Origin: Phallusia mammillata
Taxonomy: Eukaryota
Direction of reading: 5' to 3'
Length of the DNA: 64,000 nucleotides
Assembly: GCA_965637545.1 (NCBI GenBank)
Contig: OZ281499.1
Location: forward strand, 14,198,001-14,262,000
In this document: piece by piece, positions 42,250 through 54,234 of the stretch
Layout: each line of letters begins with the position of its first letter
How positions within the stretch are numbered: the stretch's first letter is position 1
Position numbers and translations under genes: made by a program
The notes under the pieces: model-generated
Databases searched by the model: none
Told to the model about the DNA's origin: nothing
What the model saw: the letters and a program-made list of their open reading frames with translations, nothing else

Positions 42250-43600
42250 TCATATGTCCGGTTTTACAATTGACAGCAAACAGCTAATACAACAACACAT
42301 ACAAACCTGTATTTCTTGCAGATCGAAGACGCCTTTGAAATGTTCTTTTTGAAGACCCTGCGGTACAACAAATACTAATGCAACATTAATAAAAAAATGT
42401 GAATTCCTAATTACGCTTTTAAAGTATAAATGTTTAAGGACCAAACTGCAAAATAGCCCAAGGTAAGTGACTCAAATAGTGGTGTTTTGGTCGCAACGGC
42501 ACATCACTAAACTTTGAAAATCGCAAAGACGAATACGAAGAAATATGATACTGCAAATGCAAAATAGCATTTTTAGTTAGATTTGGGGCTACACAAATTT
42601 CAGTAATAAGGTGAAGTTTTAAAACAAGTTTCGATACATCATTATCTGAATTAACAATTTTGCCCCAAACAAACAATGGAAAAAGTCGTACAAAACACCA
42701 GTTCTGACTTGCATTACCAGAAAGTCGTTTTGCACATTTTACTATAAGTGGAGGCCTGGAAGGCTTGTCAGTAGCAGAGAATTTAAACTTTTGAAGAACA
42801 CAATTTACACATCGTAATGAAAAGCATTTCTTAGAAATGAAATAATTAACATACAACACCATGTCCCATTGAATGACTCTTTCAAACAAATCATGTGCTG
42901 GACATGGTGGTAATCCAGGGACACATACATGATAATAACGCAAACCATTAAAAACACTGTCCTGTTTTATACCCACAGAATTTAATGTACCCTCTTCTAA
43001 TGCCATTTCCAAAACTGCTTTTTATAACTATCAACAGATCTGTAAGAAATTGGACACAAGCAGTCTTCACGAAAACTTGACTTTTCTACAGTACAAAATC
43101 GACAGAAATATAAAGCATTGCTAAAATTTGTTGTAAATCCCCCCAACCAATGGCTTCCTAAATTATCCCCCATGATACAAATGACAGTTCCAAAAATGTT
43201 TTCTACAAAACCTAAATCAATTCCATCTTCTTCTAAAACTCGAAGGTCTCAGATCAAAGGGCAAAAGAGGGAAGAGGTGGTTGATTCATTGATAAAAAAA
43301 ATTTGCAAAGTAAAACTAGTTGAAAGTTCTCTTTGATCTCTCTTTGTCAATCTTTGATCGATTGTACCAATACAAGTTTGCCAAAGTGTAATAAACAACT
43401 AAAAGTTTGTGCTTTTGTTTTCCTGAGCCCAGTGGATTTGCTATCTCAAAGGCATCTTGGTACATAACTATTTGAATACAGTGCTGGTTTGAAGCCAAAA
43501 ATGTGTTATTTTTAAAAACCAAGCCATCTCGAAAACCCAGGTATGGATGCGTTTTCTTTAGTGGGTGCATAAATTTAGAAATGGAATATAACAAAGAAGA
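42250..43600 (-). pseudogene. CACTA/EnSpm-like transposase fragments
   Basis: YQDAFEIANPLGSGKQKHKL..YYTLANL; PPCPAHDLFE; RPKHHYLSH. Confidence 0.65.
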
Positions 43601-44041
43601 TGTTTTTGTGCCGGAGATGATCAAGCAAAAAAGTAAAGGTGCGTTTACACTACACGCGACGCGAAGCGACCCGTTATCTTTTTGCCTTGTTTGTGTTGAA
43701 GCGTTTACACTACACGCGACGCGACGCGAATGTCGCGTCGCTTTGAATCGCTTCTGAAGCGAAAAATCGCTTTGCGCGTGTACTGTTGTGAACTAGCAGC
43801 CTGTGCTTTTTTTAACTTTTTCAAATTTTGATAGCTATATGCGTGGTTTGTTTTGCTACTAAAGGTATTTGAAACTGAAAACGTAATCAAGGATGATAGA
43901 ACTAATTGCCTCAATTATGAATTATAGCCTTTGTGTCACTGACATTTGTTTTAGACCCTTGGACAGGATGCTAGTCCTGGTTTGGTTATTGATTTACACT
44001 AAAATAATAAACTTTTTTTAAGGTTTTAGTTTTAGCAAACA

Positions 44042-45152
44042 ATGGAAGAAATTTTAATTAACAAAGTGCGGGATTTTCCTGCTTTGTTTAATACCAGCAT
44101 CAGCGATTACCACAATCGCAACATCAAAGACAATTGCTGGCTTAAAATAGCTTCTGAGATGAACACACCAGGTTAGTATTGGTGTTTTTTTTTTACTTTT
44201 ACAGTATGCAAAACAACTTTTAGGCCTAGAGTATAGTAAGCAAGTAGTCATTATGTTAGTATAAGGCATGATTTTTACTTTTACAGTTTGCAAAACACTT
44301 TCTTAGAGCTTGGATATAGTAAGCAAGTAGTCATTGTGTTAGTATAAGGCATGATTTTTACTTTTACAGTTTGCAAAACATTTTTTAGTGCTAGAATACA
44401 GTAAGCAAGTGGTTGTTATGTTAGTAAGGCATCACAGAAAGTCAGATGAGACATTTTAAATATGTTTTCAGTTAAAGACATAAAAGAAAAGTGGAAGGCA
44501 TTGAGGGATAAATACGTGAAAATCAAAAGAAAAGAAATGAATGTGAGGTCAGGCTCAGCAGCATCCAGCAGTTATAGTTGGAGTCTGTATGATGCAATTT
44601 CTTACATTGATCCTTATGTAAAACCCAGGAGGTAACAGTCAAAACACACTTTTTTGTTGTTACATTTTTTGTTGTTAACAATTTGATATTTTGTAGCACC
44701 ACAAGCAACTTAGATGAAGACACTGTCACACTAACCCTGGAACCGTGCTGCAGTGAAGATGAGTTTTTCACAACTAAATCTCCGGATAGTGCCATCAAAA
44801 GACCAACCAAAAAAAGAAAGGAAATGGATAGCTTTGAAAAAAAGATTTTCGAGCTACTGGAAAATGATAGTAAGTTTGTTGTTGACAGGCATGTCTTAAA
44901 TACTTTGTTGTACTTATAATTTAACAATTGTACATGTAATTTTTTGCCAAAAGTCAAAAATCAAAGCCAACTTTTACCATTTTTTGCCAAAGTTTATACT
45001 ATCATTGCATTATGTTTGAAGCTAAAGAAGAAGACCCTGACCGAATGTTCATGCTATCATTGGTGCCTAAACTAAAAGACTTGGACAAGAAAAAGGCATC
45101 TGAAATCAAAATTAAAATTCTAAATTTATTTCACCAAGCTGAATTCGAATAA
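44042..45152 (+). CDS. MADF/Myb-like protein of the inner Harbinger (spliced, about 4 exons, BESS-like end)
   Basis: LINKVRDFPALF..WLKIA; KEKWKALRDKYVK; FMLSLVPKL. First intron contains three ~75-bp tandem units (44205-44410). Confidence 0.75.
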
Positions 45153-45228
45153 CAAACGAAACAAAATGCAATAAATACAAAACAAAACTCTTCTAGCAAA
45201 GTTGTGGTTGTTGTTGTTGTTGGATTCA

Positions 45229-46600
45229 TTAACACCTGTTTATCCTGTCCAGCTGCCATGAAACCTGACCCTCAGTACTAAAATAATTTTTGAAGATTTC
45301 CCTCACTTTCATGGCAGCATCAGAATTTCTTCGTCCTTGTCTTTGTATATTTTGAAACCCTTGTCCCTCTTCTCGCCAACTGCCGTCAGTAATGTGACCC
45401 TGTCGGTCTTCCCGGTCAAAATCACGGTCATCACAGTAGCAGTACCGTAAATAATTGTGTAGAACACAGCATGCTTTTACGACAGCATCAGCTCTACACG
45501 GAGAAAGTGGTATGGGCCTTCGGAAAACCCGCCATTTTGCAGATAGTATGCCGAAGGTATTTTCGACAGTCCGTCTTGCTCTAGACAAACGGTAGTTGAA
45601 GATTCGTTTTCCTTCTCCAAGGTTTCTTCCTGGAAACGGCCTCATGAAATTGGTTTTTAAACCGAATGCTTCATCACCAACGAAGACATAGGGAGCAACT
45701 TGATTGCTGCCACGCAGTGTCGAACACCCAGGAAGGTCCAATTCGTTCGCTTCTAATTTTTTTCCGAAAGCGGAATTGGCAAATACACTGCCATCTGACT
45801 GCTTACCGAAAGCCCCCACATCCACACATATAAATCGGCATTGCGAGTCAGCTACAGCGAGCAAAACAATGCTGTGTGAATGTTTGTAATTATAAAACAT
45901 CGACCCTGAATTATTTGGTGCCTGCATAACAATGTGTTTGCCATCAACACTTCCCACACAGTTTGGAAATTGCCAAAACTGGTCAAAATCTTCTGCAATT
46001 TTTACCCAATCTTGCCTCGATGGAATAGGCATGACCTCATTTCGCAATGTCTCCCATATAGCAGCACATGTTTCCGGTACAGCATGGCATATTGTTGATT
46101 TTGATGTTCGGAAGGATGCGGCAATTGTCGAATAAGAATCGCCAGTGGCTAAAAACCTGCAAAACAGCAGAACGGCTTAATAATCGTACGCTATAGGCTA
46201 TGTAATTTTTTAAAGCCTACCGAAGCGTCAGTGCAAGGCGTTCTTCAACGGAAATGCTTGTTCTCAAATGAGTTCTTTGCTTCTTTATCTTCGGTCCAAT
46301 TTTATGCGCTAAAAAATCAAACGCTTCTGGCGTCATTCGAAAATAAGTCCGAAACTCGGAAAGTCTTTCGAGGCGCAACTCCAAAATTAAACGATGAAAT
46401 TCACCTAAAGAAAGTATTTTTAGCTAAAAATCAAACCTGTTTTCACTGTATAAATAGTTTCTTAACTTACCAAGTTCGGACCTTCGCTGCAAAATCGGAT
46501 GGACCCACCAACGTCGCGCCCGTCGTTTCTTTAGAGCCATTCTCCTGGCTATCAATAACAAGGCTACGTTTCTACTTTTTTTTGTACCAACCATGATAAA
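45229..46600 (-). CDS. Harbinger transposase of the inner element (spliced; 5' boundary approximate)
   Basis: WQFPNCVGSVDGKHIVM; GKQSDG; VGDEAF; FNYRLSRARRTVENTFGILSAKWRVF. Confidence 0.88.
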
Positions 46601-46801
46601 AATCTGTGTTTGTCTCTTTTTGTGTCAGTAAAAAGAGTTATAACTGGTTTCTAATGACAACGCGCTTGTGCGACACCACAATAAACAATTAATAAGCAAA
46701 AAATATGCAAGTCACGCGAAATTGTTACCGATAGTGTAAACAGTTGATCGCTTGCGCGGCGTGCCGCGTTGCGTCGCGTCGCGTGTAGTGTAAACGCACC
46801 T

Positions 46802-47150
46802 TAAGGGAATCATAATGTTCCCAAACAGATATGGTTGTCCCAGATGCACCACTTCTTTTCATATTTTCAAATTTTTTTCTTTCTTTCGAAAACCGATCAC
46901 GCAGGCTTTTCCAGCGCTTTGTGCATAACTCAACTGCAAAAAATAATTTTAGGCATACCCATAGTATAGCATTAGCATTAATAATATATGCAATATTTGC
47001 CTTAAAACAATGGGGCAACTGACAACAGCTACACATTACCTGGTTGTCCGGTTCTCTGACTAATCTTGGTCCACATGTTGTCTTTTTTAATTTGGTCCTT
47101 GTAATATTTGTCTTTGTAATTGTATAAATATGGTGCATCCCGGATCATTT
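46802..47150 (-). pseudogene. MADF gene of the outer Harbinger, interrupted by the inner Harbinger
   Basis: PYLYNYKDKYYKD..W; KRWKSLRDRFSKE..WEHYDSL, continuing as LFLLDHLRH to the left of 43637. Confidence 0.75.
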
Positions 47151-49941
47151 GAATCAAAATTTCATTAAAACTCGTCCTAATTGTTTTGCTAAAACCCAGT
47201 GGCGTATCAATGATTTTAAAAGTAATGATGAGAAACTGCACCAAAAAAATCCATTGTTACGTCATTCTCCTGTAGAAATGGTTTCGGACACGGTCACGCT
47301 TCGATGCATGACAAGAAAGGTCGTCTGCTTGTATTCACTCTGTCAGGTATACAGGTGGAAAACACGAATTTGGAGCTGTGCGCATGTTTTAGCTTGTCTG
47401 GTTCTGTTTATATGTGTGACATAATTCTTGTTACGTACTCAATTCACGTAAAATAGCGTCTTATTTATTGTTGCGCACAGGTTTTCAAGACGAAACTTGG
47501 GTTTTGCAAAACGAAATGTACAGTATAATTACGTATGCTTCTTTAACATAATGTATTAGCCTCAAATTAATGATGTATTAATTGTTGTTAAATTAGCCCT
47601 GAAGAGTTGTTTTTATCTGATTTGCTATTGAGTGACCTATAAGAATGGCAAGAATGTGCTGCATACCATTTTGCGACAAAAGGGCACCCGATGTCAGCCT
47701 TTTTCGTGTGAAATCGAAATCGATGTGCAGCAAAAATGATCAAAACTGGGCAGAACAAATGGAAAAAATTATTCTAGGTTGTCGCATGGACAATCATATT
47801 GAAGGACTGTACAAAAGAGATTTGGTGAAAATTTGTGAATTACATTTTACGCCTGCAGATATTATCATGAGTAAGTTGAGTTGTAATAGTAATTGCTAAG
47901 ATTTTCTGTAGAACAAAAAACATAGGAAAGACAAATTACTAACATTGTGAATGACAAATATTACTTTACAAAATGTCTATGTAATGCTGACTCTAATTTT
48001 TTACAAAGTAAATTTACTAATGCTATGGTAATTTTGCCAAAGATTTCAAGGTTTCTCATTCATTTGAACATTTTTATTATTAATGCAGAAGGAAGTCGTA
48101 AAGAATTAAGACCAGGTGCACTCCCAACCCGTAATCTTCCCAAAAAGTTGCCTTTACAAGCTGTCCGTTCATCTCCAAAAGACCGTCAACATTTACCAAC
48201 CATTAACAAAAGTTTTTTAAGTTTATCAAAAATTGACCCTCCTCATGCCTGGGAAAAGTGTTTGGATGAAACCAACATCAAATTTGTTTTTCGACATGAA
48301 TATGACCAACCAAAGTTTTTAATCAATGTCAACAAAGATTTTGTTGTCAATGTATGTTTCTATGGATGGGGGGCCCCTACACACAATCATATCAATCAGT
48401 TTGATCTCAAACACGCTAAAATACACCAACTGACGACTAGAATTGAAAACTCATCAATTTGCTCTGGAGTAGATTTTAGCAATGAAGATGGTGTTTCACA
48501 ATATGTTACAACACCAGCAAACTTTGAAACCAAAAACCTTATCCCAGATGTGAAAGTGATTGCTAAAAGGTAAGTTACATGGTATTGTTAACTTAAACCT
48601 GTTTTCTTCTGAAATGATTTAAAAACTTTTGTAGTAATTTATTAATTTATCTTTTAATTTGTTGTTCAGGTCTCAATTCTGTTCAGTTTTTTTGTTATCT
48701 GAAGGAAAATGTTCCAACTGCAAGGCACTTGATCAGTCTTATAAGCGCAAGTTAGCAAAAAGGCAAAATTATAAATCACAGGTTAAGGATAATCCACTTG
48801 GTACTATTCAGTATGGGCGTACACTAAAGTCAAGAATACAATGCGCAATTGATGCCAAGAACAAAAGGTACACATTTAAAAAAAGGCAGTAGCAGGAATT
48901 ACTTTATGGTGGTGAATAGTTTAGGTTGATACACAGCCAGTTTCATTACTTTCTGTTCTTGTGATGTTTGAGTCAGCATGTTAATGGTGCGTTATAAACA
49001 AACAAAAAATATCAAAAGTTGCAGTAACAGAATACATGACATAGTATATGGCAATTTTTAGAATTGCGGAGCTGGAAGAGGAGGTTTAAATTCTGTTAAA
49101 AAACACAGATGTGCAGGTTCCAGTTGACATAGCTATGTCCAATGACTTCAAAAATCGAATGAATACTGGTAATAGTATGTAGTTAGTGCTTTCAAAATGT
49201 ATCTATCCTGTTTTGTTTAGCATGTTTATTTTTGGTGCATCTGATGCAGTATTGTACATTTTAATGGTAAACTAGAATAGTGGTTTTCCTATATATTGCC
49301 AGTTTATATATACTACATCATATTTAACGATGTATCACATATACCATTTACTATATTTATAATGAATATATATTTGGCATTGGGTCCTTATCTTTTTCCT
49401 GGCACTTTATAACATAATTGTTTCTGCAAGCATAATCTAATGGGTCCCCACACATATGCATATGCGATTTGGTAACAGTAAAAATAGGACACAATCATTG
49501 TTAGATATTTACCAGTTTACTATACACATCATTTTATCTACACATATGATTGTTTTTGCAAGCAAAAACGAATGGGTCCCCACACGCGCGTTTGTGCGGA
49601 TTTATGGTAAACAAACATCCTGGTTATTTTCAGATTCTTAAGGAAAAACTTAACCAACTTTAGCCTTAACCCAACTTTGAAAGTTTTGTCCGTATTCTTT
49701 TTGCATCATTATTGTCATATAATTACAAAAAAACAGTAAATAAGAACAGGAAAAATACTTTCAATTTAATCTCATGCTTTGACCTTGATATTGTCGTTCA
49801 AGGTCAGTTTTTAAACACAATTTTCCAAAACTGAAAATGAGCTTGATAACTTAATAAAACGACATAGCATGAGTGCGCAAAAACAGCTGATTTGTAATCA
49901 CCAACACGACTGTCTCGTAAAACGTCCGTCCGGACGTCAAG

Positions 49942-50039
49942 CTGAGCACTCCCGCTGCATTCACTCGTCTTAATCGTAAACGAGTGAATTCTGAGCACTC
50001 CCGCTGTATTCACCCGCCCTAATCGTAAACAAGTGAATT
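49942..50039. repeat. Two 49-bp tandem units, the first with a perfect 10-bp hairpin
   Basis: CTGAGCACTCCCGCTG(C/T)ATTCAC..GTGAATT repeated twice. Confidence 0.8.
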
Positions 50040-50214
50040 ACTACCTTGAGATTTCAGACTTCTATCTGACTGACAGTGTACACATGTTATGGACTGTAAA
50101 AGTAACTATTTGGCCGATTAAGGCAAATTTTTAAATACTAAACGAATAACCTACTGCAAACAATTGTTTAAATTTTCAGCACATTGGGGCTTGTATTTCT
50201 GGCCTTACTTATTA

Positions 50215-50805
50215 TTTTGTGGTTTAAGGGGTAAACATGGATGAATCCAATAAAAAGTTACAAAATTCTTTAGAATAGCTTACATTGCACCAACCAACAA
50301 AGCATGAAACCCTCAGATTATGTACTTGGGTCAGTACAGCCGTTTTAATTTTTTTTCGTTTTGGGGGGCCTGTGGGAAAACGTTTGGGGTCAAACTTCAG
50401 GAGGATCAAATTCGGAGCAATAACTAACATCTGTGCAAATTTGAATACATTTAAAGCACTCTTTTTTGACCAAACGCACTTAACAAACCAGCGTTAGACA
50501 GAAACGAATATTTTGTGGGTTAAGGGGTGAAAATGGGTAAATCTTTTTTTAAGGTACAAAATTCTTTGAAATACCTTATATTGCACCAAACAACAAAGCA
50601 TATAACTCCAAAATGAAGTACTTTAGCAAGTATAGCCGTTTTAAAACTTTCACGTTTTGGGGGGCTGTGGGTGAACCGAGGGATCAAACGGGGTCAAAAT
50701 TCACATGGACCATCTTTAGACCAATATCTATAATGTGTGTAAATTTGAAAGAGTTTGAACCATTCTTTCTTGACCAAAACGTGGGAACAAACCCGCGTTA
50801 GAAAG
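50215..50805. repeat. Two diverged ~295-bp tandem units
   Basis: TTAAGGGGT..ACAAAATTCTTT..TTGCACCAA..AACAAAGCAT..CGTTTT..GGGG(G)C..TGTG(T/C)AAATTTGAA repeated at about 50225 and 50520. Confidence 0.7.
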
Positions 50806-51749
50806 AGCAAAAATGGTGAAGTGGATGAGTTTCATAGGATTTTTTGGAAGGAACAATTAAAGCAGCAGGGCTGCAAACCAAATGGTTTACGATACCATCC
50901 AGAAATAATTAAGTAAGCTGTTTTCTATTAATTAAATAAAAAGTAATGACACAAACCGCTTCTGCTGTCAATTAATTTTGCCTTTCAAAGAAGAATGTAA
51001 TGTTGAGCATTTGTGTAGGTTTTGTCTAAGTATTGCAGCAAAAAATAGGAGTGCATTTGAAGAACTAAGGGACAGTGGCTTACTCCATTTGCCTTCTTCA
51101 AGAACTCTAAGTGATTATAGGTGGGAGGGTTGGTATTCATGTTATTTTTTAACAGTTTTGATGCATTGATTACTACTGCACAGAAACATTTATCAAACTG
51201 CGCCAGGGATTCAGGACCATGTGCTGAAAGAACTCAAACAGAAAAGTTCTCAAATGGCTGAACATGAGCGAATGTTGGTAATTTCGGTCGATGAAATGAA
51301 AGGTTTGTGATGGTTTGACTTTTGCAGATTATTTAACAGATACTAATTGTTTGTCATAATGTGGGGATAAAACGATGTGGCAATGCATCGAATTTATACC
51401 TTGCATTATAAATTAATGCAATAAGGTCATGTTGTTGTGCCATTGGCGCTGGTCCGGCCATTGTGTTGTGTTTAATCATGCTAATGTTTTTGCAGTGAAA
51501 GAAAAGATAGTTTACAATGCATCCAGTGACCGGATGGTTGGATTTGTTGATCTGGGAAAAACCAGGAGTTTGTCTGAAGAGGCAGCCAGTCACGCTTTGC
51601 AATTTTATGCACGTTCCATTATGTCTAGTTTTTCACGACCCATTGTATTTTTTAGCACTAGCAAAACCAATGCTGCCGACTTGGCAAGTATGTTTTGGGA
51701 AATTGTGGAGTCATTACAGTCATGTAATTTAAATGTTGTTGCTCTAGTG

Positions 51750-52903
51750 CAGGGGTGGGCAAACTACGGCCCGCGGGCCGCATGCGGCCCGGCAAAGGAG
51801 TTCATGCGGCCCGCCAAATGTTAGTAAATTTTAAAAAGATAGTTACCGAGCAACGCTGAATAGTAAGTTATTATAAGCACAGGCGTACAGTTTTAAAAAA
51901 TAAAAATAAATACCGCGGGTGCGACTTGCCGATACCTATACCATGTGCAGTATCTGTAACCGTACCATACTTTGGAACTAAACACAGATACTTTTTTCGT
52001 GCATTAGCCTGTTGTTTCTGCCACGTTCTTATACAAATCGTCACTTGACATAATTTCTTCGTTCGATAAAAGTGAAAGCGATTCACGTTTTTAAATACAG
52101 CCCACTTTGCACTGTTGACGCGAAAACTTTGGTCACTTTGGATCAAGTTTACGTCTTTGCAGTACTTTGGAAACAGACAAAAAATAGCTTCAGAATCGTT
52201 AACACAGACCCGCACAACACCTAAAGATGGATACTAAATGCGGCTCGCATTGTTTAATGTTGGCGCAAGGAATTTATCAACAAAACAACGTGCTTGTTTA
52301 TTTTGAAACAATTACAATTGTAGCGTTTCAACCAATGTTTGTCCAATCAAGTGACAACAAATTTATGTTTATAGCTGAAAATATGCTATGTTAATATTTT
52401 GGGCTAAATCAGGCGTGTACGACCACATGCGGCCGCGGAGACGGGTTTGTGCGGCTGTGACCATGTTTATTAAAATACATGCACTGGAGGCCGTGACGTA
52501 TCTAAAACTATTTTGCCAACTATTTTAAACTGCTAAAAACAGATTTCGTGTGACTGGAAAAAAGATTACCAGCCTATTAACTATATGCGGTGCCTGTTTA
52601 TCCGCTTATTGTGTGCAAAGAATCCGAAAAAACAGGCACAGTAATCGTCAAAATACAGATTATGATGTCATAAACAATCAGCTTCGTTTAGCTAAACTTA
52701 TGCACCATGTTAGAAACTATTAATCTAAGCATTTTAGGTGGCTTTAAATGGTATATATATAATATAAACCTAATTCTTTACACCAGTTATTTTAAAACAA
52801 AAACAAGCAAGCAATTGGCGGCCGTTGGTGAAATACTATGCGGCCCGATAAGATTTAGAACTTTTGAATGCGGCCCTTGCACTGAAAAGTTTGCCCACCC
52901 CTG
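51750..52903. mobile_element. hAT (Buster/Charlie-like) non-autonomous element
   Basis: TIR CAGGGGTGGGCAAACT/AGTTTGCCCACCCCTG; TSD CTCTAGTG. Confidence 0.92.
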
Positions 52904-52989
52904 CTCTAGTGTGTGATGGTGCACCATGCAATAGGAAATTGTTCACGCTTCTGAACAACCTTCATCTTGATGTACCTTACAAGTGTATT

Positions 52990-53945
52990 AACGTTTCAGG
53001 CCAAATATTCTGATCAAATTTTAATTTCAGCTTTGCATTAAGACTTTTGGCCTTTTGGTAACACCGTATTTTTAAATAGAAATTATAAATTTTTATGACA
53101 ATATCTTCAAAGCACATATCTGAAAGTAACATACAAAAAAATATCATAGACATAAGAAAAGTCGATATTGGAAAATACATTTTCATGTACATTATCAGAA
53201 CTATAGCACTTCCTAAAATTGTATTCAAGGTAAACAAGAAATTGTGTCACCTCTGGTTTTGGGACAGTTAATTTTCCAAACTTACAATCATTCAAGGCTG
53301 AAATTTGGCACATCAACATCATCATTTGTCAATTCATTTTCAGACTGATTACGTTTTTTTAGTTTTTGTAATATATAGCCACCAATATATTGTATGGTCG
53401 TTTCATCATCTTTGCTTAATTCCTCGAATTGATGCAACTTGGAAAGGCTCAATTTTTGGGAGAGATAATTTATGTATTTGTCAAATATTTTTCTTGTTAA
53501 ACCTAATGATAATGTTCGTTGGATTGTAAACAGACTGGGAATTATTGATATACCATCACATGCAAATTTATGAAACAAGGTATCTGGTGCTTTAATCGTT
53601 AAAAAAGTTTCCAAAAAGTATTTAATGGCATTTGCTGGTAGGTCATTTTCACTGCCACCAACTTCTATCCACCATGTTTTAATTTTGTTTTCACCAATAT
53701 CATTGGATTTTCTTTCAGCTGAAAAAAAGAAAAACAACATCTGGGATGTGCAGTAAAATCAAACAAATTGAAATTAGGAAAGTACCAACTATAAATATGC
53801 ACAAAACAATTACCAAATAATAATGTTTACTCATATACATATTTACAGTTATTACCATGCCTTTTTCATGCCATAGAAGACCTCTCTTCATAGAAAATTC
53901 TTTTTTACATTTTTTACACCTACAAAACCAAAAATATGTTGACAA
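52990..53945 (-). pseudogene. Spliced ORF remnant with a C2H2-like finger and a P-transposase C-terminal-like region
   Basis: CKKCKKEFSMKRGLLWH; YIGGYILQKL..GKLTVP..YLKIRCY. Confidence 0.35.
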
Positions 53946-54234
53946 ATTCTTAACAGCAAAACAAGTTCTTACCTTTTGATGTCCAAGGAATCCAAATCCT
54001 CACAATCAATAACAATTTCAATATTTAAGTCACAATTCATTTTATTGACTAAGAATCCTAAAAGCACAATATTACAGACTTTTACAAGAATATTAAGGTA
54101 AATTGTGACAGATTTTAGGTGAATGTCGCCACGATCCACAACGTCACTTCAACGTACATTAATCGCACGCGTATTTGTATATTTTGTCAATACTAGTACA
54201 TAAAACGAGTCAGCATACCTAAATTCGTAACTGT

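Larger units (their letters stand above)
43637..46801. mobile_element. Complete PIF/Harbinger transposon (inner)
   Basis: TIR AGGTGCGTTTACACTACACGCGACGCGA at both ends; TAA TSD; convergent MADF and transposase genes. Confidence 0.92.
47645..52990 (+). mobile_element. THAP-domain P-element-like transposase gene (spliced, disrupted by insertions)
   Basis: MARMCCIPFC..KICELHF THAP pattern; LHLPSSRTL; ISVDEMK; MVGFVDLG; VVALV|CDGAPCNRK rejoined across a MITE. Confidence 0.75.

Noticed and set aside
40353-47460. GAGGCTGTTTTAC / GTAAAATAGCGTC as TIRs of the outer Harbinger
   Set aside because: Only 11/13 match and no matching 3-bp TSD, so the boundaries are left undefined.
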